Positions 7,854 through 17,011 of a DNA stretch of 35,049 nucleotides are shown piece after piece. Below the pieces are notes generated by a model, which was given only the letters and a program-made list of their open reading frames with translations, searched no databases and was not told the DNA's origin. The number at the start of each line of letters is the position of its first letter. Within the stretch, counting starts at the first letter, position 1. This DNA comes from a bacterium (GTDB lineage: Bacteria > Patescibacteriota > Dojkabacteria > SC72), in the NCBI GenBank assembly GCA_021463465.1, contig JAJTYH010000003.1, forward strand, positions 417,942 to 452,990. Reading direction: 5' to 3'. The translations under genes and the position numbers were made by a program.

Positions 7854-8885
7854 ATGAAGAAAGACCATCTTAAACAGTTTGCAGTCTCAAATTCTCTCTT
7901 TGCACCAACTACTTTAGGGGAGGCTTTTTCTCGTCTTCGTTTTGTGCAGATAGACCCAATTCGCTCACCAGCTAGAGCTCAAGACCTAATTCTTAGACAT
8001 AGAGTTTTAAATTACAAAAAAGATGATATTGAAAAGCAAGCTACCGCAGTAAATCTTGAAGAAGATTATCTTTATGCCCATGGTTTTATGCTAAATGATA
8101 TCTGGCAACTTTTACATCCCAGGGAAAAAATTAAGCTGAGTGGGTATGACAAAAAAGTTTTTGAGCACATTCAGAAGACCCAGAAAGTAGACAAATCTGA
8201 GTTAGAGAAAGAACTGGGGAGTAAAAGGGAACGTAATTGGTGGGGTGGAATGTCGCAAGCTTCTCGGATGGCCTTAGAACGACTTCATTACTACGGTTTT
8301 ATTAAAATTGTTAAACGAGAGAAAGGAGCGAGAATGTACGCGCCATTTGAAATGCCTAAATTAAATTTATCCAAAGGGGAAAGACTTGAAAAACTTATTA
8401 TGGCCGTAGTTCAAATTCTTCAACCCGTAACACCGCCTACTCTTAGGCAATCACTTTTTAGGTTGCGAAGGTTCTTAGGACCAAGCCAAGAGGCTATTAA
8501 GAGCCTTCTGGATAAGGGCGTTCTCATCAAGCAAGCTGTAGATGGTGCTGATTATCTGTTTGTTAAAGATAGCTTTGTGCCTTCAGAAGTTGACGAGAAG
8601 GTTAGGTTTCTGGCTCCCTTTGATCCTGTGGTTTGGGATCGAGTTAGATTTGAACAGCTTTGGGGCTGGCCATATCGTTTTGAGGCTTATGTGCCAAAAA
8701 ACAAGAGAGTAAGGGGCTATTACGCTATGCCTCTTCTGTGGCGAAATGAGGTAATTGGTTGGGCAAACGTTTCTAAGGAGGGTGAGGTTGATTTAGGGTT
8801 TGTGAATAATAGGCCAAAGGAGAAAAGTTTTGATATTGCCTTGGATCAAGAGATTACTGATATGAAAGACTTTTTAAAGGTTTGA
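7854..8885 (+). CDS. YcaQ/AlkZ-like winged-helix DNA glycosylase (interstrand-crosslink repair family, DUF1006)
   Basis: It has an N-terminal FVQIDPI (Q-phi-D motif at Q32-I33-D34). The C-terminal YVPKNKRVRGYYAMPLLWRNEVIGWANV is typical of the family. Confidence 0.75.
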   Translation: MKKDHLKQFAVSNSLFAPTTLGEAFSRLRFVQIDPIRSPARAQDLILRHRVLNYKKDDIEKQATAVNLEEDYLYAHGFMLNDIWQLLHPREKIKLSGYDKKVFEHIQKTQKVDKSELEKELGSKRERNWWGGMSQASRMALERLHYYGFIKIVKREKGARMYAPFEMPKLNLSKGERLEKLIMAVVQILQPVTPPTLRQSLFRLRRFLGPSQEAIKSLLDKGVLIKQAVDGADYLFVKDSFVPSEVDEKVRFLAPFDPVVWDRVRFEQLWGWPYRFEAYVPKNKRVRGYYAMPLLWRNEVIGWANVSKEGEVDLGFVNNRPKEKSFDIALDQEITDMKDFLKV

Positions 8886-8905
8886 TTCCTAAAAGTTTGA
8901 TTATC

Positions 8906-8914
8906 TGCTATAAT
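8906..8914 (+). promoter_or_regulatory. Putative extended -10 promoter element (TGCTATAAT) for the helicase gene
   Basis: TGnTATAAT at 8906-8914, ~130 nt upstream of the ATG at 9042. It is followed by hairpin 8928-8934/8945-8951 (TGCTTGT…ACAAGCA). Confidence 0.35.
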
Positions 8915-9041
8915 GAACTCATATATTTGCTTGTGTTTTAAAATACAAGCAGTTTGTACTGTCTAGAGTACGTAGGGTAGTTGTAAATTTTTCCCCTCAA
9001 GTTATTTTATTCGGTACTATTTAATTATTACCGAATTTATT

Positions 9042-10325
9042 ATGTTCAAACGCTCAACGCGCTTTCAGCGCAGCTCGGGACCAGGTAGGTCCAATTCAAG
9101 ACCTAGCTACCGATCTTCTTACAATAGAAATCGATCATACTACTCCTCAAATAGTAATAGGGGAGGAAGTTATCGAAGATTCAAAAAGACCCAAAGTCAG
9201 ATTGATCCTTCAAAATATATTTTCAAACCAAAAGAAGAGGTTGAAAATCTGTCAAATGCTCAGCCAGCTCATGTTGGTAAGAAATTCTCTGATTTGAACC
9301 TACATCAATCACTTTTAGAGAATTTGGGTGAGAAAGGTTACGTTACTACTACCAAAATCCAGACCGATGCTATTCCTATGATTATGAGAGGTGAAGATTT
9401 TTTGGGGATTTCTGAGACAGGCTCAGGTAAAACTGGTGCCTTTCTTATTCCTTTAGTTAACAAACTGCTACAATCAAAGGAGCAGAAAGCTCTGATTATT
9501 GCTCCAACGCGAGAATTAGCGGAACAGATTCATAAAGAGGCAATTTCGCTTGTTAAGTATACCCCTATATGGACAGTTAAGGTTGTAGGTGGTGAGAGCA
9601 TGTTCCGACAAGGACAGGAACTTCGGAAGCGACCTCAAATTCTCATCGGGACTCCGGGTCGATTAAAAGATCTTTCAAATAGGAGATTAGTGCGTTACGA
9701 GGAGTACAACAACCTTGTACTAGACGAGGTGGATAGAATGTTGGATATGGGTTTTGTTAATGAAATTAAGGAGATATTTGCCCAACTCCACCCAGTTAAG
9801 CAGTCTCTGTTTTTCTCAGCCACAATTGACAACAATATTGAAAGGATTATCAATGGAATGAGTAAGGGTTATAAGAGCATCAAATTTGGTCTTAATAGCG
9901 CAGGAAAAAATGTGGAACAAGATGTAATTCATTATGCACGACCTGAAGAGAAGTTTTCCAAACTTCACGACTTGTTACAAAGCGGTGAGGTAGAGAAAGC
10001 CATCATCTTCATTTCAACCAAGCGCCACACTGAACGAATCACTGAAATGCTTTATGCTAAAGGTATTAAAGCGGAGTCACTCCACGGAGATAAACCTCAA
10101 AACAAACGTAGAAATGTTATCAAAATGTACAAAGAAAATAGGTTCAATATTTTAGTTGCAACCGAAGTTGCTGCTCGTGGTCTTGATATCACGGATGTAA
10201 CTCATGTTATCAACTATGATGAGCCTCAAACTTTCGATCAATACACACATCAAATCGGTAGAACCGGTCGGAATGGTAAAAGGGGTAAAGCTTATACCTT
10301 TGTCCAGAAATATTCTACTTTTTAA
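9042..10325 (+). CDS. DEAD-box family ATP-dependent RNA helicase (DEVD variant) with N-terminal Arg/Ser/Tyr-rich tail
   Basis: Helicase motifs are SETGSGKTGAF (I), PTRELA (Ia), DEVD (II, 9723-9734), SAT (III), ARGLD (V) and HQIGRTGRNG (VI). The first ~55 aa are an R/S/Y/N-rich low-complexity region. Confidence 0.9.
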   Translation: MFKRSTRFQRSSGPGRSNSRPSYRSSYNRNRSYYSSNSNRGGSYRRFKKTQSQIDPSKYIFKPKEEVENLSNAQPAHVGKKFSDLNLHQSLLENLGEKGYVTTTKIQTDAIPMIMRGEDFLGISETGSGKTGAFLIPLVNKLLQSKEQKALIIAPTRELAEQIHKEAISLVKYTPIWTVKVVGGESMFRQGQELRKRPQILIGTPGRLKDLSNRRLVRYEEYNNLVLDEVDRMLDMGFVNEIKEIFAQLHPVKQSLFFSATIDNNIERIINGMSKGYKSIKFGLNSAGKNVEQDVIHYARPEEKFSKLHDLLQSGEVEKAIIFISTKRHTERITEMLYAKGIKAESLHGDKPQNKRRNVIKMYKENRFNILVATEVAARGLDITDVTHVINYDEPQTFDQYTHQIGRTGRNGKRGKAYTFVQKYSTF

Positions 10326-10950
10326 GATATTTCCAATTCTTGGATTTACCTTCTGAAACCCATTTAATCATTTGGGAGATTCTTTTCTCTCTGGTGGTTT
10401 CAGTTTTGGCGTCAACTATCCATTCTACATATTCGCGTTTGTGACTTGGACTTAAAGCGTTGAAGTTACTTTTAGCTGCCTTTTCGTTCTCTAGTGCATC
10501 AAAAACGTATTGAGGAATAACTAATTCCTTTTTAGGCTTAATAACCCTATGTATCTTTACACCTTCATCCTTTACTGCCATAGCGGCTTTTATACTTTCT
10601 TCTACGAGTTCCGGCTTTATGTCTTCGACAGACTTCATAAATCCCCAAGGCACTTTGGCATTCAATGTAGGTTTTGAGACGCGTTGAGGAGTAAAGATGA
10701 GTGAATCATTCCAAAAACCAAAGGTAACCCGTTCTTTTAATGCACTGGTAAAGCACATTCCTCCTTTGTAATCGAAATGAGGATGTTGCCACTTTATTCT
10801 CTCTTCAACTTCTGGGCAGGTCTTGTGTATTATCTCTCGTAGTTTTTTGAGTATAGGTTTGGCAAAATGAGCTACATCCCCGATGTATTTTGTAACTTCT
10901 GGATTGTAATTTTTCATGATATTATCATAACAATTAAGGTACTGACTCAC
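10315..10950 (-). CDS. DUF1801 + YdeI/OmpD-associated two-domain protein
   Basis: The N-terminal half is DUF1801-like (KWQHPHFDYKGGMCF…TFGFW). The C-terminal half is YdeI-like (LSPSHKREYVEWIVDAKTETTREKRI). Its 3' end overlaps the convergent helicase gene by 11 nt. Confidence 0.7.
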   Translation of the reverse strand: MSQYLNCYDNIMKNYNPEVTKYIGDVAHFAKPILKKLREIIHKTCPEVEERIKWQHPHFDYKGGMCFTSALKERVTFGFWNDSLIFTPQRVSKPTLNAKVPWGFMKSVEDIKPELVEESIKAAMAVKDEGVKIHRVIKPKKELVIPQYVFDALENEKAAKSNFNALSPSHKREYVEWIVDAKTETTREKRISQMIKWVSEGKSKNWKYLKK

Positions 10951-11110
10951 AAATTGCGGTGAAAGATAATAAAGCAGAGCTCTTAGCTAGGATTTTTAAC
11001 TATATAAACTTTTTCATGAAGGAATGATTCCAGTCTTATCAAACCACGGAGTACATCCAGTGTTTTGGAATTGGTGTAGAAATAATTTTTTGCCAAAGGT
11101 ATAATTTCAT

Positions 11111-11707
11111 ATGGTTGAATTTCAGATTTTAGTTGAAGGTTATGCGCATCCCGGGAAGAATGGAGAGTATGAGGCATCACCTACATCCCTTCTTCTTGTT
11201 TCCAATGGTCAGAGGATTGTGGTTGATCCTGGAACAAATAAAAAGCTGTTGCTTGCGGGACTTGAAAAGGCTGGGATTAATGCTGATGATGTAAAATCAG
11301 TTTTCATTACTCATTATCACCCAGATCATTTTTTGAATTACAAACTATTTCCGAACGCTGATCTAATAGATGGCCAGATCATTTGGAGCGACGAGCGTGA
11401 GATTTTCTATTCTGACACTATTTCTGGAACTGAAATCAAGGTAGTCGCTACTCCAGGTCATACTGAAGAAAATACCTCGTTACTTTTTGAGACTAAAGAA
11501 TTTGGCACAGTAGCTCATGCAGCTGATGTATTTTGGTGGGAAGATGGGCAGCAAAAAACAGATGATTACGAAAAACTGTTGTCGCATATTGATCCATTTG
11601 TCACTGATGTTGAGAAATTGAAAGCTTCTCGTATAAGTATTTTAAAAATGGCTGATTATATAATCCCTGGTCACGGGAAAATGTTTAAGAACAATTTCAA
11701 AGGTTAG
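11111..11707 (+). CDS. MBL-fold metallo-hydrolase (small)
   Basis: It has the HxHxDH motif ITHYHPDH, a downstream TPGHT and a C-terminal PGHG. Confidence 0.8.
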   Translation: MVEFQILVEGYAHPGKNGEYEASPTSLLLVSNGQRIVVDPGTNKKLLLAGLEKAGINADDVKSVFITHYHPDHFLNYKLFPNADLIDGQIIWSDEREIFYSDTISGTEIKVVATPGHTEENTSLLFETKEFGTVAHAADVFWWEDGQQKTDDYEKLLSHIDPFVTDVEKLKASRISILKMADYIIPGHGKMFKNNFKG

Positions 11708-11763
11708 CAACTTTGTTTTTCTTAGTGTGGTGAAAATTTCCAAGCTCATGTACCATGTAAAGT

Positions 11764-12522
11764 ATGGGAAGTAGGTATATGAAATGGCTGAAAGGATTCT
11801 CTCCATTCATCGTCTTGATTTTTGTTCTTCTTCTTGGCTTTCTACTTTATAGCAAAACAAACCTTTTTGTTATGAATCGAATCTTCTTTAAATTCACGAA
11901 TGGTGAAAAACTTTTATATGTAAGTGAAAGTGCTCTCTCTGAAGGGGAGTATTTGCAAAGTAGGCCGAAATTCTTCTCTTTTGAAAGTGCAAAAGTTATC
12001 CAACAAGTTAAAGCAACCTCTAATTTTATCGAAAGTGTTTATCTGGTAAAAGAATTCCCTAATACATTAAATGTCTACATTCTAGAGCGGAAGCCTTTCG
12101 CAACTCTTCAGATAGGCACAACTAGATGTATTTTGTTGGACGAAAAAAGCTTTGTACTTGAAATTGACGAATCGGATTGCAAAGATTTAGCAAGTAAATA
12201 CTCAACGATAACAATTTTTAGCGAAGACCCAAAGGTTAGTTTTATGGCTAATGCTAGTTCTAACTATCATCAACTTGAGTTAATTGAACAGGTGATAAAG
12301 GTATTAAATGAATACAAAGTGGGGGTAGCTTCAGTTTCATTAGATGAGAATGTCGCTGTATTTGAAATTGATAAAAAACGTAAGTTAGTCTTCTCCTTTA
12401 ACCAAGATATTTTGGTACAACTTGAACGTTTCCTTGCTGTTTCGAAGGAACTTGAAAAAAAAGAGTACAAATTTAAGTCGATTGATTTTAGGTTCAAACG
12501 CCCAGTGCTAAGTACAAAGTAA
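11764..12522 (+). CDS. ftsQ: Cell division protein FtsQ/DivIB-like (POTRA domain)
   Basis: It has an N-terminal TM helix and a POTRA-like VKEFPNTLNVYILERKPFA. It sits directly upstream of ftsA-ftsZ. Confidence 0.75.
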   Translation: MGSRYMKWLKGFSPFIVLIFVLLLGFLLYSKTNLFVMNRIFFKFTNGEKLLYVSESALSEGEYLQSRPKFFSFESAKVIQQVKATSNFIESVYLVKEFPNTLNVYILERKPFATLQIGTTRCILLDEKSFVLEIDESDCKDLASKYSTITIFSEDPKVSFMANASSNYHQLELIEQVIKVLNEYKVGVASVSLDENVAVFEIDKKRKLVFSFNQDILVQLERFLAVSKELEKKEYKFKSIDFRFKRPVLSTK

Positions 12523-12548
12523 TGATTTTTAGCCAAGAAAACAACGTG

Positions 12549-12586
12549 GAGTTTCGCTAAACTAGCTTGCGAAAGTCATTTTTTTC
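12549..12586 (+). terminator. Possible intrinsic terminator after ftsQ
   Basis: Stem TTTCGC (12552-12557) pairs with GCGAAA (12569-12574), extendable by 2 bp past one mismatch. It is followed by a T-run (ATTTTTTT). The stem is short and AT-rich. Confidence 0.3.
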
Positions 12587-12600
12587 TAATATATTAGAAA
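12583..12600. promoter_or_regulatory. Perfect 18-bp palindrome upstream of ftsA
   Basis: TTTCTAATATATTAGAAA is its own reverse complement. It lies 53 nt upstream of the ftsA ATG. Confidence 0.25.
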
Positions 12601-12652
12601 CGAAAGCTATGAATTTGGCTCAATAAATAATATACTGCCTTTTATACATATT

Positions 12653-13963
12653 ATGGCACGAAAAATAATTACAGCTATTGATGTAGGTTCCAGCAAAGTC
12701 ACCACAGTTATTTCTGCTGTAGACGATTCAGATCAGGCCACAGTTATCGGAGTCTGTTCTCATCCCAGTAAAGGAATTAAAAAGGGAGTTGTAGTAAATA
12801 TAGAAGAAGCTATGAATTCAGTTTCTGAGAGCGTAACCGCAGCAGAACGTATGGCTGGCGTGACGGCCTCAGATGTTTATGTTTCTATTAATGGTGAACA
12901 GATTGCTAGCCTTAACAATAAGGGCGTAGTTGCTGTATCAAGCAGCGAAATCACAATTGATGACACTTATCGCGCCATTGAGAATGCAAGAACTTTATCC
13001 CTCCCTGATACACTTAATCCTATCCATATCATTCCTAGAGAGTTTGTAGTGGATAATCAGGGTGGTATTAAGTATCCGATTGGAATGACAGGTAATCGTT
13101 TAGAAGTCGAAACTCACATAATCACAGCACCTAACTCATATTGGAGAAATATCAAAAAATGTGTAGAACAGTTAGGTTTTAATGTCTATGACGTAGTTTT
13201 TACGGGATGGGCATCCTCTCTTGCAGTCCTAACTGAAACCGAAAAAGAGCTCGGTGTAGCGCTACTTGATATAGGTGCAGGTACAACCTCAATCACTATC
13301 TTTGAAGAGGGTTCAATCTCATATAGTGGTTGTGTACCACTTGGTGGTTGGCATATTACCAGTGATTTAGCTATTGGGCTTCAAGTAACCCTTGAAGAAG
13401 CAGAGAAGATCAAAGTAAATATGGAGAATCTTATGAATGATAAGGTGCCAATGAATACTTCTGAAGATAAAACTCCAGCCTTGTTGAGAAAATCACAGAA
13501 TGAGGAGACCGAGAAGAAAAAAGATAAAGTGGATGATTTGGTTGATGTAACTGGGTTGGGAGTAAAGAGTCAGCAAGGTGTTTCTAAGTCTTTCATGAAG
13601 CAGATTGTCGAAGCTAGACTCGAAGAGGGTTTTGAAATGGTAAAAGAATCAGTATCTAAATCAGGATACAACATCGGTATGCCCGCAGGAGTAGTTGTGA
13701 CTGGTGGCACAGCTTTACTTAAAGAAGTAACTAAAATTGGTCAACAGGTTTTTGATGTGCCTTGTAGGGTAGGTTACCCATCAGGACTTTCAGGTATGGT
13801 GGAGGAGATTTCCGACCCATCTTACAGTGCGGCTCAAGGACTTGTTAAATACGCAATGGATGATGAAAGCGATGCAGCTTCTTCTCCCAAGGGTGCTGCA
13901 ATAGGGAATTTGGGAGGGGTTGTAACCAAAGTTGTTACTTGGGTAAAGTCACTACTGCCATAA
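12653..13963 (+). CDS. ftsA: Cell division protein FtsA
   Basis: Actin-like fold motifs are AIDVGSSKV and LLDIGAGTTS. The C-terminus has an amphipathic membrane-targeting helix (VVTKVVTWVKSLLP). The gene context is ftsQ-ftsA-ftsZ. Confidence 0.95.
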   Translation: MARKIITAIDVGSSKVTTVISAVDDSDQATVIGVCSHPSKGIKKGVVVNIEEAMNSVSESVTAAERMAGVTASDVYVSINGEQIASLNNKGVVAVSSSEITIDDTYRAIENARTLSLPDTLNPIHIIPREFVVDNQGGIKYPIGMTGNRLEVETHIITAPNSYWRNIKKCVEQLGFNVYDVVFTGWASSLAVLTETEKELGVALLDIGAGTTSITIFEEGSISYSGCVPLGGWHITSDLAIGLQVTLEEAEKIKVNMENLMNDKVPMNTSEDKTPALLRKSQNEETEKKKDKVDDLVDVTGLGVKSQQGVSKSFMKQIVEARLEEGFEMVKESVSKSGYNIGMPAGVVVTGGTALLKEVTKIGQQVFDVPCRVGYPSGLSGMVEEISDPSYSAAQGLVKYAMDDESDAASSPKGAAIGNLGGVVTKVVTWVKSLLP

Positions 13964-13988
13964 GTTAAATTGTGAGGTAAGTAAGTAA

Positions 13989-15164
13989 ATGCTTGTTACT
14001 ACTAACGTTAATCCGGTAGCTAAAATTAAGGTAATTGGTATTGGCGGTGCCGGTGGAAATACGATTAATACCATGATTACGGATTACAACATTCAGGGTG
14101 TTGAGTTCATGGCGTTTAACACTGATCAACAGGCTCTTAAAAATTCTCAAGCTCCGGTCACAATGCAATTGGGTGAGGAGTTAACTCGTGGGCTTGGTGT
14201 TGGTGGTGACCATCATGTTGGTGCAAAAGCTGCAGAGGAGAGCTTGGATCAAATACATGAACTTTTGGCTGGTGCCGATATGGTTTTCATTACAGCAGGA
14301 ATGGGCGGTGGAACTGGTACGGGTGCTGCTCCTGTTATTGCTGGTGTTGCAAGGAATTTAGGCGCTTTGACGATTGCTGTAGTTACTAAGCCCTTCTCTT
14401 TTGAAGGTCGACATAGAGCCGAAGTTGCTGAAGAAGGGATTGCTGAGCTAAGAGATAAGGTAGATACTTTAATCGTTGTTCCCAACCAGAGACTTTTGGA
14501 TATCATTACTGAGAAAATTAGTTTCCTTGAGGCAATGAAGCGAGTAGATAGTATTCTGTCTGAAGGTGTAAAGGGCATTTCAGGTTTGGTTACAGGTACA
14601 GGACTTATCAATGTAGACTTTGCCGACGTGAAATCAATTATGCTAAATGCCGGTTCTGCACTTATGGGTATTGGTAAAGCTACAGGAGATGACCGAGCTG
14701 AACAAGCGGCTCGTCAAGCTACAACCAACCCTTTGCTTGAGATTTCGATTGAAGGTGCCACAGGTGTACTATACAACATCGCTGGTGGACCGGATCTTTC
14801 AATGCAAGAGGTTGAATTGGCTGCCAAACTGATTGAAGAAGCTATTGATCCTTCTGCCAATGTCATCTTTGGTGTTCAGATTGATGAATCTTTGGGAGAA
14901 GAACTAAGTATTACTATTGTCGCAACAGGCTTTGATAGTAACCGCCAAGTTTACAGTAAAAAGGCTTTCGTAAAGTCGGATAGGGTAGTTAATGATAATG
15001 CAGTTATTGATGATGATGATTTCGAAGCCGATCAAGTAGAGATGATGAAAGATGACGATGTGCCATCTAGAGTCGAAGAGAAAACAAGTTCGGTTGAAGA
15101 GTTCCAGCTAGATAGCACTGATGAGCTCGATGATGTTCCGGCTTTCATGCGAAAACGCAAATAA
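13989..15164 (+). CDS. ftsZ: Cell division GTPase FtsZ
   Basis: The tubulin signature is GGGTGTGAAPVIA, with an N-terminal IKVIGIGGAGGN. An acidic linker precedes the conserved C-terminal peptide DDVPAFMRKRK. Confidence 0.98.
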   Translation: MLVTTNVNPVAKIKVIGIGGAGGNTINTMITDYNIQGVEFMAFNTDQQALKNSQAPVTMQLGEELTRGLGVGGDHHVGAKAAEESLDQIHELLAGADMVFITAGMGGGTGTGAAPVIAGVARNLGALTIAVVTKPFSFEGRHRAEVAEEGIAELRDKVDTLIVVPNQRLLDIITEKISFLEAMKRVDSILSEGVKGISGLVTGTGLINVDFADVKSIMLNAGSALMGIGKATGDDRAEQAARQATTNPLLEISIEGATGVLYNIAGGPDLSMQEVELAAKLIEEAIDPSANVIFGVQIDESLGEELSITIVATGFDSNRQVYSKKAFVKSDRVVNDNAVIDDDDFEADQVEMMKDDDVPSRVEEKTSSVEEFQLDSTDELDDVPAFMRKRK

Positions 15165-15179
15165 TTTAGCGACTCGCAA

Positions 15180-15359
15180 ATGGAAAGATTTAAAGGTTTT
15201 TTAAAAGATAACTGGTTGTTAATTTTTGGGATTTTGTACTTAATAATGCCTGCCGATATTTTGCCTGATTTCATCCCTTTATTGGGAAAAGCTGACGATT
15301 CTGCCGTATTGCTTTTGGATTTGATTAAACGCTACGTAGAGAGTAAACCAGCTAAATGA
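15180..15359 (+). CDS. DUF1232 (YkvA-like) small membrane protein, absent from the ORF track (59 aa)
   Basis: ATG at 15180 reads MERFKGFLKDNWLLIFGILYLIMPADILPDFIPLLGKADDSAVLLLDLIKRYVESKPAK, ending at TGA 15357-15359. The DUF1232 signature P-x-D-x-(I/L)-PD-x-(I/L)-P-x-x-G-x-x-DD is present. The stop overlaps the next ATG (ATGA). Confidence 0.7.
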   Translation: MERFKGFLKDNWLLIFGILYLIMPADILPDFIPLLGKADDSAVLLLDLIKRYVESKPAK

Positions 15360-16624
15360 ATAGAGTCAATCCAGTAATCTTCTTAATTTCCCTTGTAATA
15401 TCTTTGCTGGGATTAGTCACACTACTCTCAACAATTTTGGGAAATAGTTTCACCTTTGGGTGGGACAATATCTTTGTTAAACAAGCTGTTTTTGTCCTGA
15501 TAGGAGTGGTTATATGTTTAGGTGCTGTGAACTTTGATTTCAGCTTACTCAATTATCGCCCGTTGGTATTGGGTTTATACCTGTTCACCCTTTTACTACT
15601 TATAATTACTTTACTGTTTGGTCAGGAAGTAAATGGTGCTCGTCGATGGATGTCATTTTTAGGCGTACAGCTTCAACCTTCTGAAATTGCAAAATTAACA
15701 GTTATCATAGTTACCGCCCACATCTTTTACGTAGAACGGAAGTTTACCGAATGGTTTAAACTTGTTGCCTCACTGTTGGTAGTACTGCCTATTGTCTTGC
15801 TTATTTATCTCGAGCCTCACGGTAGTATGGCCGCTATTACATTGATTTTGTGGTTTGTGACGGTCTTTCTTTCCATGAAGGATCAACTACGCAATATTCT
15901 ATTAATGTTGATAATGTTTTTGGTTTTTGCTGGCTTATTTGCACTTACAGCCTTTGCTCAACCTGCGTACTTAGTTGTTACTTTAGTAGGCTTCATTGTT
16001 GCGATTTTTGTTTACAATACACGCGAGAATTGGCAGATTCCGGTAATTGTAGCGGTTGTTATCTCAATTATATTAGGAGGTGTTGGTTCGATTTTGTGGA
16101 ATAATGTTCTAAGCGATTATCAGAAACAACGTATTGTGGCGTTTCAGAACCCTGAGGCTAACGCGAACAGTGCATTTAACGTTGAACAGTCGAAAATAGC
16201 GATTGGTTCTGGTGGGATATGGGGAAAAGGGTTTGCCAATGGAACTCAATCTCGTTTACAGTTTTTGCCCTTCCATCAGACCGATTTTATCTTTGCTACC
16301 TACGCCGAAGAGTTTGGATTAGTAGGATCAATACTTCTGCTTATAGGGTACTTTGCACTCTTTTGGGCTATATTTAGTATTGCTCTTCAGTTTCCGATTC
16401 ACGATTTTGCTACGGTTGTACTTGTGGCTGTGGGTTTAAAGATTCTTTTAGAGCTCTTTATTAATCTGGGCACTAACCTTGGAATTACGCCTGCCACAGG
16501 TATTCCTTTACCTTTAATGAGCGCAGGTGGAACTATAACAATTGTGACGTTTTTTTCTTTAGGACTGATTCAGTCCATAATCGCAAATGTAAAGAATAGT
16601 CAAATGTATAAGCCTAAAAGTTGA
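15356..16624 (+). CDS. SEDS-family peptidoglycan glycosyltransferase (FtsW/RodA/SpoVE)
   Basis: It is polytopic (~10 TM helices). Family motifs are LQPSEIAKL, QSKIAIGSGGIWGKG, LPFHQTDFIFA and PLPLMSAGGT. Confidence 0.92.
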   Translation: MNRVNPVIFLISLVISLLGLVTLLSTILGNSFTFGWDNIFVKQAVFVLIGVVICLGAVNFDFSLLNYRPLVLGLYLFTLLLLIITLLFGQEVNGARRWMSFLGVQLQPSEIAKLTVIIVTAHIFYVERKFTEWFKLVASLLVVLPIVLLIYLEPHGSMAAITLILWFVTVFLSMKDQLRNILLMLIMFLVFAGLFALTAFAQPAYLVVTLVGFIVAIFVYNTRENWQIPVIVAVVISIILGGVGSILWNNVLSDYQKQRIVAFQNPEANANSAFNVEQSKIAIGSGGIWGKGFANGTQSRLQFLPFHQTDFIFATYAEEFGLVGSILLLIGYFALFWAIFSIALQFPIHDFATVVLVAVGLKILLELFINLGTNLGITPATGIPLPLMSAGGTITIVTFFSLGLIQSIIANVKNSQMYKPKS

Positions 16625-16657
16625 CATATGTGAGCATATATTTTAATATATCCCGCT

Positions 16658-17011
16658 ATGGCAAAGAAAAATACTAATGAAAATAAACTAGAATTTGCAG
16701 TCGTTGAAGTTTCAGGTAACCAATATTTGGTAGCCCCTGATAAGACATATACTGTTAAAAAGGTCAGTGGTAACAAAGGTGAAAAGTTTGTTGTAGATAA
16801 GGTTTTACTACTTGTAAGAGATGATAATGTTAAGGTCGGAAAACCTTATATAACTGGTGCCAAAGTAGAATTTGAAATTGCTTCACAGACTAAAGGTGAA
16901 AAGGTTGATACATTTAAATACACAGCCAAAAGCCGATATCACAAACGATCAGGCAGTCGGGCATTGTTGACCAAGCTTTTAGTTAAGAAAATTCTGGCTA
17001 AAGAAAAGTAA
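16658..17011 (+). CDS. rplU: 50S ribosomal protein L21
   Basis: FAVVEVSGNQYLV…VLLL…VKVGKPYI…GEKV..FKY..K..Y.KR.G.R is the typical L21 pattern. Confidence 0.93.
   Translation: MAKKNTNENKLEFAVVEVSGNQYLVAPDKTYTVKKVSGNKGEKFVVDKVLLLVRDDNVKVGKPYITGAKVEFEIASQTKGEKVDTFKYTAKSRYHKRSGSRALLTKLLVKKILAKEK

Noticed and set aside
10983-11180. A 65-aa minus-strand ORF in the divergent promoter region between the YdeI-like and MBL genes.
   Set aside because: It overlaps the start of the MBL gene and the intergenic promoter region. It has no motifs and is most likely spurious.
14249-14611. A 120-aa antisense ORF inside ftsZ. Similar antisense or out-of-frame ORFs occur inside strong genes, e.g. 774-1068, 5425-5721, 6650-6922, 12270-12536, 17541-17777, 19398-19634, 22066-22302, 24541-24919, 26506-26796 and 33800-34066.
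   Set aside because: Each lies wholly within a gene that has clear family motifs in another frame or strand. Their translations are low-complexity or compositionally odd, with no recognisable motifs.
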